From positions 32,281 through 96,280 of the forward strand of contig JAFYYA010000050.1 of assembly GCA_017557785.1 (NCBI GenBank): a stretch of DNA of 64,000 nucleotides. Direction: 5' to 3'. Within the stretch, counting starts at the first letter, position 1; every line of letters begins with the position of its first letter. Below, piece by piece: positions 56,380-64,000 of this stretch. The notes under the pieces are model-generated. The model saw only the letters and a list, made by a program, of their open reading frames with translations. It was not told where the DNA came from and ran no database searches. The stretch comes from Salinivirgaceae bacterium. Lineage in GTDB: Bacteria > Bacteroidota > Bacteroidia > Bacteroidales > SZUA-534. The position numbers and the translations under genes were made by a program.

Positions 56380-57399
56380 AATAACAATTGCTTCTGGTTC
56401 TATTTTTACACCAAAATTTTCAAACACAGCGTTTTGAACGTGGTGAGCCACATCAATGATGTCGCGGCCAGTGGCGCCGCCCAGATTGACGAGCACCAAC
56501 GCCTGCTGTGTGTGTACACCTGCCGTTTTTGCCGCATTGGTATAGCCTTTCAGTCCGCAGCGGTCAATCATCCAGCCGGCGGCAACCTTCACGCGGCCTT
56601 CGCCCGCAGGGTAGGTAACCATGTCCGGAAACTTGGCCAAGAGTTTTTCGGCCACAACAGCATCAACCGTCGGGTTTTTGAAGAAACTGCCCACATTGCC
56701 CAGCACTTTCGGGTCGGGCAGTTTGCTGTTGCGAATGTTGATAATTGCCTGTCGGATAGTACGCAGCGATGGTCCACCCAGTTTTTCAATCTCGCCGCTC
56801 AAACTGCCGTAATGAGTCACAAACTGCGGCTTTTTCGATAGTCGATATACCACAGAGTCAACCAGATACTTGTCTTTCAACTCGTGCTTGAACGCGCTGT
56901 CGCGATAGCCGAAACGGCATTCGGCATTGGTCAGAGTGGTGGTTGAGCCATCGGTCAGGCTGACAATGTTCACACTTTCAATAGCGTCTTTGGCTTCACG
57001 GCCGTATGCACCAATGTTCTGTACAGGTGATGCGCCAACAGTTCCCGGAATAAGCGACAGATTCTCGATTCCGCCCAAATTGCGCTCAACGGCCCATTCC
57101 ACAAGCGTGTCCCACACGGTTCCCGCGCCAGCCTTCACAAGGCAGTAATCGTCGGTTTCGCTCTCAATGCTGATGCCCGAATTGTCAGGATGGATTATAA
57201 TGCCATCGAAATTATTGACAAACAAGATGTTGCATCCGCCGCCGAGAATCAGAATCCGCTTGTCGGTCAACGCACCAATCTGGCTGATGAGTTGACGTAT
57301 GTCGTCGGGTGAGTGGTAGATGCAAAGTCGTTTGGTCGTCACATCTAACCCAAACGAATTCAATTCTTTAAGCCGAGCGTTTTCAACAATCTGTGGCAT
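56377..57399 (-). CDS. murB: UDP-N-acetylenolpyruvoylglucosamine reductase
   Basis: LGGGCNILF, GIENLSLIPGTVGASPVQNIGAYG, CRFGYRDS, GSFFKNP, QALVLVN, EPE. Confidence 0.96.
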   Translation of the reverse strand: MPQIVENARLKELNSFGLDVTTKRLCIYHSPDDIRQLISQIGALTDKRILILGGGCNILFVNNFDGIIIHPDNSGISIESETDDYCLVKAGAGTVWDTLVEWAVERNLGGIENLSLIPGTVGASPVQNIGAYGREAKDAIESVNIVSLTDGSTTTLTNAECRFGYRDSAFKHELKDKYLVDSVVYRLSKKPQFVTHYGSLSGEIEKLGGPSLRTIRQAIINIRNSKLPDPKVLGNVGSFFKNPTVDAVVAEKLLAKFPDMVTYPAGEGRVKVAAGWMIDRCGLKGYTNAAKTAGVHTQQALVLVNLGGATGRDIIDVAHHVQNAVFENFGVKIEPEAIVI

Positions 57400-57597
57400 A
57401 TCTGTTGTTTTTGGCAAAGGTAATCGGCGCACGTTGATTGCCGACAGCAATTTATCAACAGTTAGAGTTGATAGGTTAGGGGCGTATAGGTTTCACAATG
57501 AATAAACGAATCGTTGAAAACTTGCTTTTAAGTCGGCTGGTTTAAGTTTTCAGTTTGCGTTTACGTTTTTATATTTGCCTGATAAAACAATACATCA

Positions 57598-59154
57598 ATG
57601 TTCAAAAATCATCCAAAAGGGCTTTTGGCGGCAGCCTTGAGTAATATGGGCGAGCGGTTTGGCTACTATATTATGAATGCCGTTCTGGTGCTGTTTCTTT
57701 GCTCAAAATTCGGTTTGTCCGAAGAGAAGGCGACAGCCATCTATTCAGTGTTTTATATGGGAATCTACATTCTGAGCCTTGTGGGTGGCATTATTGCCGA
57801 CCGCACTCAGAACTACAAGGCCACCATCCAGTCGGGTTTGTTGGTTATGGCCACGGGCTATGTCATTCTGGCGGTGCCTATTCTGGCCACTGCTGGCAAC
57901 ATTGGGTGGCTTCTGCCGCTCACTTGCGTGGCACTATTCCTGATTGCTTTCGGCAACGGTCTGTTCAAGGGCAACTTGCAGGCCATTGTGGGTCAGATGT
58001 ATGACAATTTCGAAGCCGAAGCCGCCAAGCAGGGCGAAGAAGCGCTGGCTATTGCCAAAAGCCGCCGTGACCCTGGTTTCCAGATTTTCTATATGTTCAT
58101 CAATGTAGGCGGACTGATTGCGCCGTTTGTAGCACCTGTTCTGCGTGGTTGGTGGTTGGGTGTCAACGATTTGGCCTACAACGCCGACCTTCCGGCACTC
58201 TGCCATCAGTATATTGCTGCTGGTGCGGCTATGGCGCCTGATGCTCTTGCAAAACTCAACGACCTGATTCCGGCAGTGGCTGCTGCAGTTCCTGCCGATT
58301 TGGGCGCGTTCTGCCGCAACTATCTCGATGTGTTCAACACCGGCGTTCACTATTCATTTATCGCTTCGGTGGTGGCAATGCTCATTTCGCTCACCATTTT
58401 TGTGACAACCAAACGCCAACTGCCTACACCGGCAAAACGTACGGCTCAGGCAAGTGTTGAGTACACAGCGGAAGAAAAGGCTGCAATGGCCACCGAAATC
58501 CGCCAGCGCATCTATGCTCTTTTTGCAGTGCTGGTGATTGCAGTGTTCTTCTGGTGGTCGTTCCATCAGAATGGCACGTCGATGTCGCTCTTTGCACGCG
58601 ATTTTGTCATCACATCGGCCATTCCGCCAGAGATTTGGCAGGCCGTCAATCCATTCTTTGTCATTGTGCTCACATTCCCGATAATGTGGCTTTTCGGCAC
58701 TCGCTGGGGGCGTACATTCTCGACGCCGCGTAAGATTGGCATCGGTATGGGCATTGCCGGATTGGCTTATATCATTATGACTGTGTTCTGTGCAACTAAA
58801 GGCTATCCTTCGGCAACCGCATTCCGTGAACTTGATGCTGCAACAGCCGGCACACTTAAATCGGGTCCGGTGATACTGATAATTTATTATTTCTTCATGA
58901 CTGTGGCCGAGTTGTTCATCAGTCCGCTTGGCCTGAGTTTCGTGTCGAAGGTGGCACCTAAAAACCTGCTCGGTCTGTGCCAGGGACTTTGGCTTGGCGC
59001 AACGGCCGTGGGCAACGGATTCCTTTGGATTGGACCGCTCATGTATAATAAAATTCCTATCTGGCAATGCTGGGCTGTGTTCTTTGCTGTCTGCTTCATC
59101 TCAATGGCCGTAATGTTCGGAATGGTCAAGTGGCTTGAGAAGGTGACGAAGTAA
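57598..59154 (+). CDS. POT/PTR2 family proton-dependent oligopeptide transporter
   Basis: HPKGL, ERFGYY, GGIIADR, GNGLFKGN, FYMFINVG, AELFISPLGLS. Confidence 0.93.
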   Translation: MFKNHPKGLLAAALSNMGERFGYYIMNAVLVLFLCSKFGLSEEKATAIYSVFYMGIYILSLVGGIIADRTQNYKATIQSGLLVMATGYVILAVPILATAGNIGWLLPLTCVALFLIAFGNGLFKGNLQAIVGQMYDNFEAEAAKQGEEALAIAKSRRDPGFQIFYMFINVGGLIAPFVAPVLRGWWLGVNDLAYNADLPALCHQYIAAGAAMAPDALAKLNDLIPAVAAAVPADLGAFCRNYLDVFNTGVHYSFIASVVAMLISLTIFVTTKRQLPTPAKRTAQASVEYTAEEKAAMATEIRQRIYALFAVLVIAVFFWWSFHQNGTSMSLFARDFVITSAIPPEIWQAVNPFFVIVLTFPIMWLFGTRWGRTFSTPRKIGIGMGIAGLAYIIMTVFCATKGYPSATAFRELDAATAGTLKSGPVILIIYYFFMTVAELFISPLGLSFVSKVAPKNLLGLCQGLWLGATAVGNGFLWIGPLMYNKIPIWQCWAVFFAVCFISMAVMFGMVKWLEKVTK

Positions 59155-59165
59155 ACAACACGCTT

Positions 59166-59717
59166 ATGTACGTAGCATATCAGAAAAAGAGAGAGAATAT
59201 CTGCGAGTATTTTCTCTATATGTTTCAGATAGAAGACATTATCAGGGCTTGCGGACTTAACCGGCAGACGATTGAGCAAACCGTTATGCCACGATACTCG
59301 CACGAGCCTGCTGTTCAGGCCGAAGTGAGCCAATGGTATTTCGGTCTTGCCGACCAAATGGAAGAAGAGCGCATTCAAGCGCACGGGCATCTGGTATCGC
59401 TGGCTAACAAAATCAACGAAGTGCTTGATTTTCATCTCTACCTGATGAATAATCCAAAGGAAGTGGCTTATCAGATGCAGTTTGCAAAAGTTGAGCCAAT
59501 CATTGGCGAACTGCGTCAGAAACAGCCGTCAGCCGATACGCTTAGCGACTTGCATCTGGCGCTCAACGCTGTATATGGCTTCACCATTCTGCGGCTGAAA
59601 GGCACACAGGTGTCGAAAGAAACGGCTGCTGCCATCTCATCGCTGGTGGTATGGCTCAACGCTCTGTCAGCCAAATTCAAAGATTACGAAACGGGTGAGT
59701 TGAAACTTGATTTGTAA
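59166..59717 (+). CDS. DUF4924-family conserved Bacteroidota protein
   Basis: KKRENICEYFLYMFQIEDIIRA, WY..L...M.EE....GHL. Confidence 0.8.
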   Translation: MYVAYQKKRENICEYFLYMFQIEDIIRACGLNRQTIEQTVMPRYSHEPAVQAEVSQWYFGLADQMEEERIQAHGHLVSLANKINEVLDFHLYLMNNPKEVAYQMQFAKVEPIIGELRQKQPSADTLSDLHLALNAVYGFTILRLKGTQVSKETAAAISSLVVWLNALSAKFKDYETGELKLDL

Positions 59718-62300
59718 TCAAAGGTCCTGAGAGTTGTAGCGGATTCCGATTACAAGAATGTCATCAACCTGGTCGTAGCGGCCGCGCCATTCGTCGTGAG
59801 CCTTTATAATCAGGTTTTTCTGCTCTTTCATTGGCAGGTCTTTGATTTCGTCGAGCAGGTCCTTGAATCGTTTTGTAAGGTATTTCTTGCCATCGCCGCC
59901 GCCAAACTGGTCGATAATACCGTCAGAGAAGATGTAGAACTGGTCGCCTGGTTTGAACGTGTGCTCGTGGTTAGTGTAGTTGCTGTTTACCGCTGTGCCC
60001 GAAATGTTGCTCGTAATAGGAATCTTGTCGCCTTTCAACTCAACAAACTCGTTACCACTGTAAAGGTACATCGGGCGTAGGGCACCGGCATATTCAATCA
60101 GGTGATTCTCTTTGTCGATGACAGCAACGGCAATGTCCATTCCGTCATTGTTCTGATCAAGCATTCCTTCGCTTTTCAGCGATATTTTGATTTTCCGGTT
60201 CAGGTGCTTGAGAATGTCGGCAGGGCGGTATATGGCATTGTGAATCACAATCGAATTCAGCAGATAACTTCCAATGATTGAAAGGAATGCGCCAGGAACG
60301 CCATGTCCGGTGCAGTCGACAGCGGCAATAAAATACTTGTTGTCGATGCGGTGATACCAGTAGAAGTCGCCGCTGACAATGTCTTTCGGCATGAAGAGCA
60401 CGAAACTGTCGCTGAAGTCGCGTTGTATCTGCTTGATTTTTGGCATCATGGCTGTCTGTATGCGCTTTGCGTAGCGTATGCTGCCGAAAATCTCGTTCTG
60501 CTTGGCTTCAATCTCGTCTTTTTGCAGCAAGGCAAGGTTGCGCTGCTTTTCGGCTTCAGCCTTCTGTTGCTCGACTTTCTTCTCGTACAGTTTCAGTTGG
60601 GTGATGTCGGCATCCACAGCGATAATGAGTGTCACATTCTCTTGAGCGTCTAGAATAGGGGTAAGGGTTGTCTGCATCCAGATGCTCTCGTCGTCGTCAG
60701 ATTTTTCTTCCGACTCGTACGAAGCGACCACTTTCTGGTTCAGGCAGGTAGAGAGTGCGTCCTGCAGGCTCTCTGGGGTTGCGCTGACATCGACAATGTT
60801 GATATGCGGTCCAGCCTTGTATTCTTCAAGGGTTTTGTTGATGAGTTTGCCAAACGCGGCGTTGAACCAGTCGATCTCGCCGTTGGGTTGGAATATCGAG
60901 ATGCGGTTGTTCGACAGATTTGTCACCTGCGATATTTTGTTCAACTCATTGTTTTTCAGTTGCAACAGTTCTTTTTGTGCCCGCAACTCTTCGCGTTGGT
61001 CTTGAAGTGCGTTTTTCTGTTGAATCAGTTCTTCACGTTGTGAGTTCAACTCTTCGTTCTGCTGGTTAATCAGTTCGGTGCGCTTGCTAATGCTTTTTTC
61101 CAGATTCTGGTTCATTTCGTAATATTCGGTACGCGATTTGACAAATTTCCGTCCGAAATGAAGCAGCGATAGTGCAGCCAAAGCCATCAGTGCAATCTTC
61201 ACGTAATGCTCGTTGGTATAGACAAGCATGCCGTGTTCTTTGTCGATAATATTCCTATAAATGAGCGAAATAAGAATTGTGGCCGATATCAAAACGTGCA
61301 GGATGAATACGGGTGAGCGTTTTTGCCAGTTCGATGCCACACTATAGAAGAAATATGCAAATGTGAGTGTGATCAATATCTTCAGCATTATTACCCTTGA
61401 CAGGGAATCGAACGATACTAATGATATGATTGTGGTTATAGCACCCAGCAAAATCATCATGTTCGATAAATCGTAACGCAGTTTTTTGATTGGTCGCGGC
61501 GGCATATTGTATTTCTGATAGTAGATGAACGCCGTGATCGCCAGCGGTTTCATCAATTTGCCAAACAAAATGTTGGTCGATGGTGAGTTCGGAACAAGAT
61601 ATCGGAAAAGAGTAAGGTCGTAATGCAGCAGCAGAAACAATAGGCAGAGCATCAGATTCAGACTGGCGACGTAAACTTTCTGATGTTCTGAAATGTACAG
61701 CAACAGCATTGCTAGAATGGTCAGCAGGGCGAGCGCGTACACCAGTCCGTTCATTGTTTGGTCGAAGGTGCCTTCGTCGAAGAACTGCTTGCCGGGTTTC
61801 ATCTCTATTGGGATTTGCACCACGTGGGGCTGTGCCGAGAATTTTATGCAATAAGTTGCTGTGGTCAAAGGCATTATTGTCACCACAAAATTATAGAACT
61901 TTGAGTCGCTGGGGCGCTGTGAGAATGGGTAGTTCAAGCCTGTATTAAAGAATGTTGAGTCGTTGACTGAGTGAAAGACCAGTTCGTAAATCGTTGGGTT
62001 TTTCAGGCTTAAAAAGAACGATTGCCGGCGTTTGGTGTTGTTAGTCACGCTGAAGAGCACCCATGTGTCGTTTTTGTTGCCGCCGATGGTTATCACATTG
62101 CCGGGCAGTTGGTTGTAGTTGCGGAAGAATTTTTCCGATGTGGCGGTTTCGAATGTCATTCCGCCTGTTGGGTCTTCATAGTAGAAGATGTTTTCCGAAA
62201 GGTCGAGTTGCTTGTCAACGTTGGCATCAGTCAACACAATGGCTGCCTGACACAAAAAGGTCAGATTCAGCAAAATCGCTATAATAGAGAGTCTCTTCAT
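59718..62300 (-). CDS. 7TM-DISM sensor + PAS + SpoIIE/PP2C (RsbU-like) serine phosphatase
   Basis: YYEDPTG periplasmic DISM domain, 7 TM, coiled coil, PAS (WFNAAF...WMQTTLTPI), SIRYAKRIQ, VSGDFYW, DCTGHGVPGA, DGMD, SDG..DQFGG, QVDD. Confidence 0.88.
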   Translation of the reverse strand: MKRLSIIAILLNLTFLCQAAIVLTDANVDKQLDLSENIFYYEDPTGGMTFETATSEKFFRNYNQLPGNVITIGGNKNDTWVLFSVTNNTKRRQSFFLSLKNPTIYELVFHSVNDSTFFNTGLNYPFSQRPSDSKFYNFVVTIMPLTTATYCIKFSAQPHVVQIPIEMKPGKQFFDEGTFDQTMNGLVYALALLTILAMLLLYISEHQKVYVASLNLMLCLLFLLLHYDLTLFRYLVPNSPSTNILFGKLMKPLAITAFIYYQKYNMPPRPIKKLRYDLSNMMILLGAITTIISLVSFDSLSRVIMLKILITLTFAYFFYSVASNWQKRSPVFILHVLISATILISLIYRNIIDKEHGMLVYTNEHYVKIALMALAALSLLHFGRKFVKSRTEYYEMNQNLEKSISKRTELINQQNEELNSQREELIQQKNALQDQREELRAQKELLQLKNNELNKISQVTNLSNNRISIFQPNGEIDWFNAAFGKLINKTLEEYKAGPHINIVDVSATPESLQDALSTCLNQKVVASYESEEKSDDDESIWMQTTLTPILDAQENVTLIIAVDADITQLKLYEKKVEQQKAEAEKQRNLALLQKDEIEAKQNEIFGSIRYAKRIQTAMMPKIKQIQRDFSDSFVLFMPKDIVSGDFYWYHRIDNKYFIAAVDCTGHGVPGAFLSIIGSYLLNSIVIHNAIYRPADILKHLNRKIKISLKSEGMLDQNNDGMDIAVAVIDKENHLIEYAGALRPMYLYSGNEFVELKGDKIPITSNISGTAVNSNYTNHEHTFKPGDQFYIFSDGIIDQFGGGDGKKYLTKRFKDLLDEIKDLPMKEQKNLIIKAHDEWRGRYDQVDDILVIGIRYNSQDL

Positions 62301-62353
62301 TGCCCTTCACCAACGAGCCCTAAATATAGCAAATAATATTCTAGAATTGAAAT

Positions 62354-64000
62354 CTATTTCTTTTCGTCGAATTTCTCGATTCCCTTGTCCAGAAATTCAA
62401 CAAACTCGCTGACGTTCAGGTTGTAACCCATCGGGTCGGCAAGCAGGTTGCCGTCGGTGTCGAGCAGGCAGTAGTAGGGTTGGGCGTTGATTTTAAAGCG
62501 GCTAATTTGAAAATCGGCGTTCACTTTGCCAATGCTTTTCTTCACTTTCCCGTCGTATTCCGATGTTACCCATTCGCTTTCGGGCAACACGGTCTTGTCA
62601 TCGACATAGAGCGCCACCACAATGTAGTCGTTGCGCAGCCGATCGAGTACTTCGGCATCGGCCCAGACGCGGGCTTCCATCTCGCGGCAGTTAACACATC
62701 CGTGACCGGTAAAGTCGATAAACAGCGGTTTGTCTTGCTCTTTGGCGCATTCAAGTGCCTGGTTATAATCGAAATAGCCTTGTAGGCCGTGCGGCAGATG
62801 CAGTAGGTCGGCATATTTGGGCGTTTCGCATAATGATAATTCATAGTCGTCTGCGGCAACAGTGGCTTTCGCTGAAAGGTCAAAATCGATGGTGGTTTGC
62901 GGCGGCAGATATCCCGAAAGGGCCTTCAGTGGCGCGCCCCACATTCCGGGAATCAGGTAGATAGTAAACGCCGTTGTGAGCAGTCCGAGCAGCAACCGAA
63001 ACACTTTCGGCGGGTTGTTTTGTGTTTCGCCAATCTGCAGTTTTCCAAGCAAAAACAGGCTCAAAAGGGCGAAAACGGCAATCCAGATGGCAAGATAGAC
63101 TTCGCGGTCCAGAATGCCCCAGTGGTAGGTTTGGTCGGCTACGCTCAGGAATTTCAAGCCGAGTGCAATCTCAATAAAGCCCAGCGTAACCTTCACGGTA
63201 TTGAGCCAACTGCCTGATTTGGGCAGTTTTGTGAGCCACGACGGAAAAAACGCCAGCAGAGTGAACGGCAGCGCGAAAGCCGCCGAGAAGGCCAGCATTG
63301 TGACAATCGGTTCCCAGATGTCGCCTTGCGTCGATTTGACAAGGATTGTGCCCACTATGGGACCGGTGCACGAGAATGACACCAGAACCAGCGTCAGCGC
63401 CATAAAAAGCACGCCAACCAGTCCGCCACGGTTCGATTTTGAGTCGGCTTTGTTGATTAGCGAGCTTGGCAGAACAATCTCGAACGCGCCCAGAAACGAT
63501 GCGGCAAACACCATAAAAATGATGAAAAACAGCACGTTAGGCAACCAATGTGTCGACAGCCAGTTAAAAATATCGGCGGTAACCGATTGTCCGCCAATCA
63601 GATATGTGGCAACAATAATTATTGCGATTGGAATGGTGTAGAGCGCCACAATTGCAAGTCCGAATGCCGACGCCATTGTGCGCGAGCGGCCTTTGTTCTG
63701 TTCGTTTTTCAGAAAGAACGACACGGTCATCGGAACCATGGGGAAGACGCACGGCGTGAGCAACGCGGCAAAGCCCCAAAGAATGGCCTCGAGAATCACC
63801 TTCCAGATTGAGTTTGAGTTGGCGGTGTGCACAACGGGCTCACTTTCAGTTAATTTTGCACCGTCCGATGGCTCGGCAGGGGCAGGAACAGAACTTTGTC
63901 CGCCGTCCAGAATCGACAGGCTGAACTCTTTGTCGCCCATTACGCACATCTCGTCGGAACAAGTCTGATACTCAATTTTGCCACTCACTGTGGGGGCAGG
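62354..64000 (-). CDS. dsbD: Thiol:disulfide interchange protein DsbD (5' truncated by window edge)
   Basis: YQTCSDEMC, LLTPCVFPM, SFSCTGP, LPKSGSWL, DFTGHGCVNCR; frame open to base 64000. Confidence 0.92.
   Translation of the reverse strand, partial: PAPTVSGKIEYQTCSDEMCVMGDKEFSLSILDGGQSSVPAPAEPSDGAKLTESEPVVHTANSNSIWKVILEAILWGFAALLTPCVFPMVPMTVSFFLKNEQNKGRSRTMASAFGLAIVALYTIPIAIIIVATYLIGGQSVTADIFNWLSTHWLPNVLFFIIFMVFAASFLGAFEIVLPSSLINKADSKSNRGGLVGVLFMALTLVLVSFSCTGPIVGTILVKSTQGDIWEPIVTMLAFSAAFALPFTLLAFFPSWLTKLPKSGSWLNTVKVTLGFIEIALGLKFLSVADQTYHWGILDREVYLAIWIAVFALLSLFLLGKLQIGETQNNPPKVFRLLLGLLTTAFTIYLIPGMWGAPLKALSGYLPPQTTIDFDLSAKATVAADDYELSLCETPKYADLLHLPHGLQGYFDYNQALECAKEQDKPLFIDFTGHGCVNCREMEARVWADAEVLDRLRNDYIVVALYVDDKTVLPESEWVTSEYDGKVKKSIGKVNADFQISRFKINAQPYYCLLDTDGNLLADPMGYNLNVSEFVEFLDKGIEKFDEKK

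Noticed and set aside
57455-57570. Weak repeat-like text (agttagagttgataggttagg; tttaagttttcagttt) in the murB/POT divergent region
   Set aside because: Too short and degenerate to assign confidently to the micro-repeat families.

Overview
64 kb of a Bacteroidota chromosome, judged from TAnnTTTG -7 promoter boxes, a Bacteroidota-type long SecA, DUF6057/DUF4924-like genes and many lipoproteins; a xylan-degrading gut/rumen Bacteroidales is my inference. It holds housekeeping genes (recG, mltG, secA, dapA, DEAD-box helicase, PNP, murB, dsbD), three tRNAs (Arg-TCT, Arg-ACG, Ser-CGA), scattered xylan enzymes (2x GH43, GH8, SGNH, alpha/beta hydrolase, a GH10 lacking both catalytic glutamates) and a TetR-MFP-RND operon whose permease is fused to a TolC domain. 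There is also a Firmicute-style polyamine operon (fold-I decarboxylase, degenerate speE, speB, CASDH, nspC) interrupted by a hicBA + AT-rich lipoprotein insert, two DUF6057/CxxCH-propeller gene pairs and a small accessory cluster (DUF3795, CatA-like, Ntn hydrolase, AT-rich OM proteins). The most striking unexplained signal is about 13 intergenic blocks of degenerate 7-9 bp tandem repeats hugging stop and start codons with a polarity set by gene direction; they bracket apparent cargo genes and twice contain an 18-bp palindrome. Two structured-RNA candidates lie at 26938-27065 and 36146-36375. No integrase, transposase, rRNA or CRISPR array was seen. All family calls are from motif recognition by eye, not database searches.
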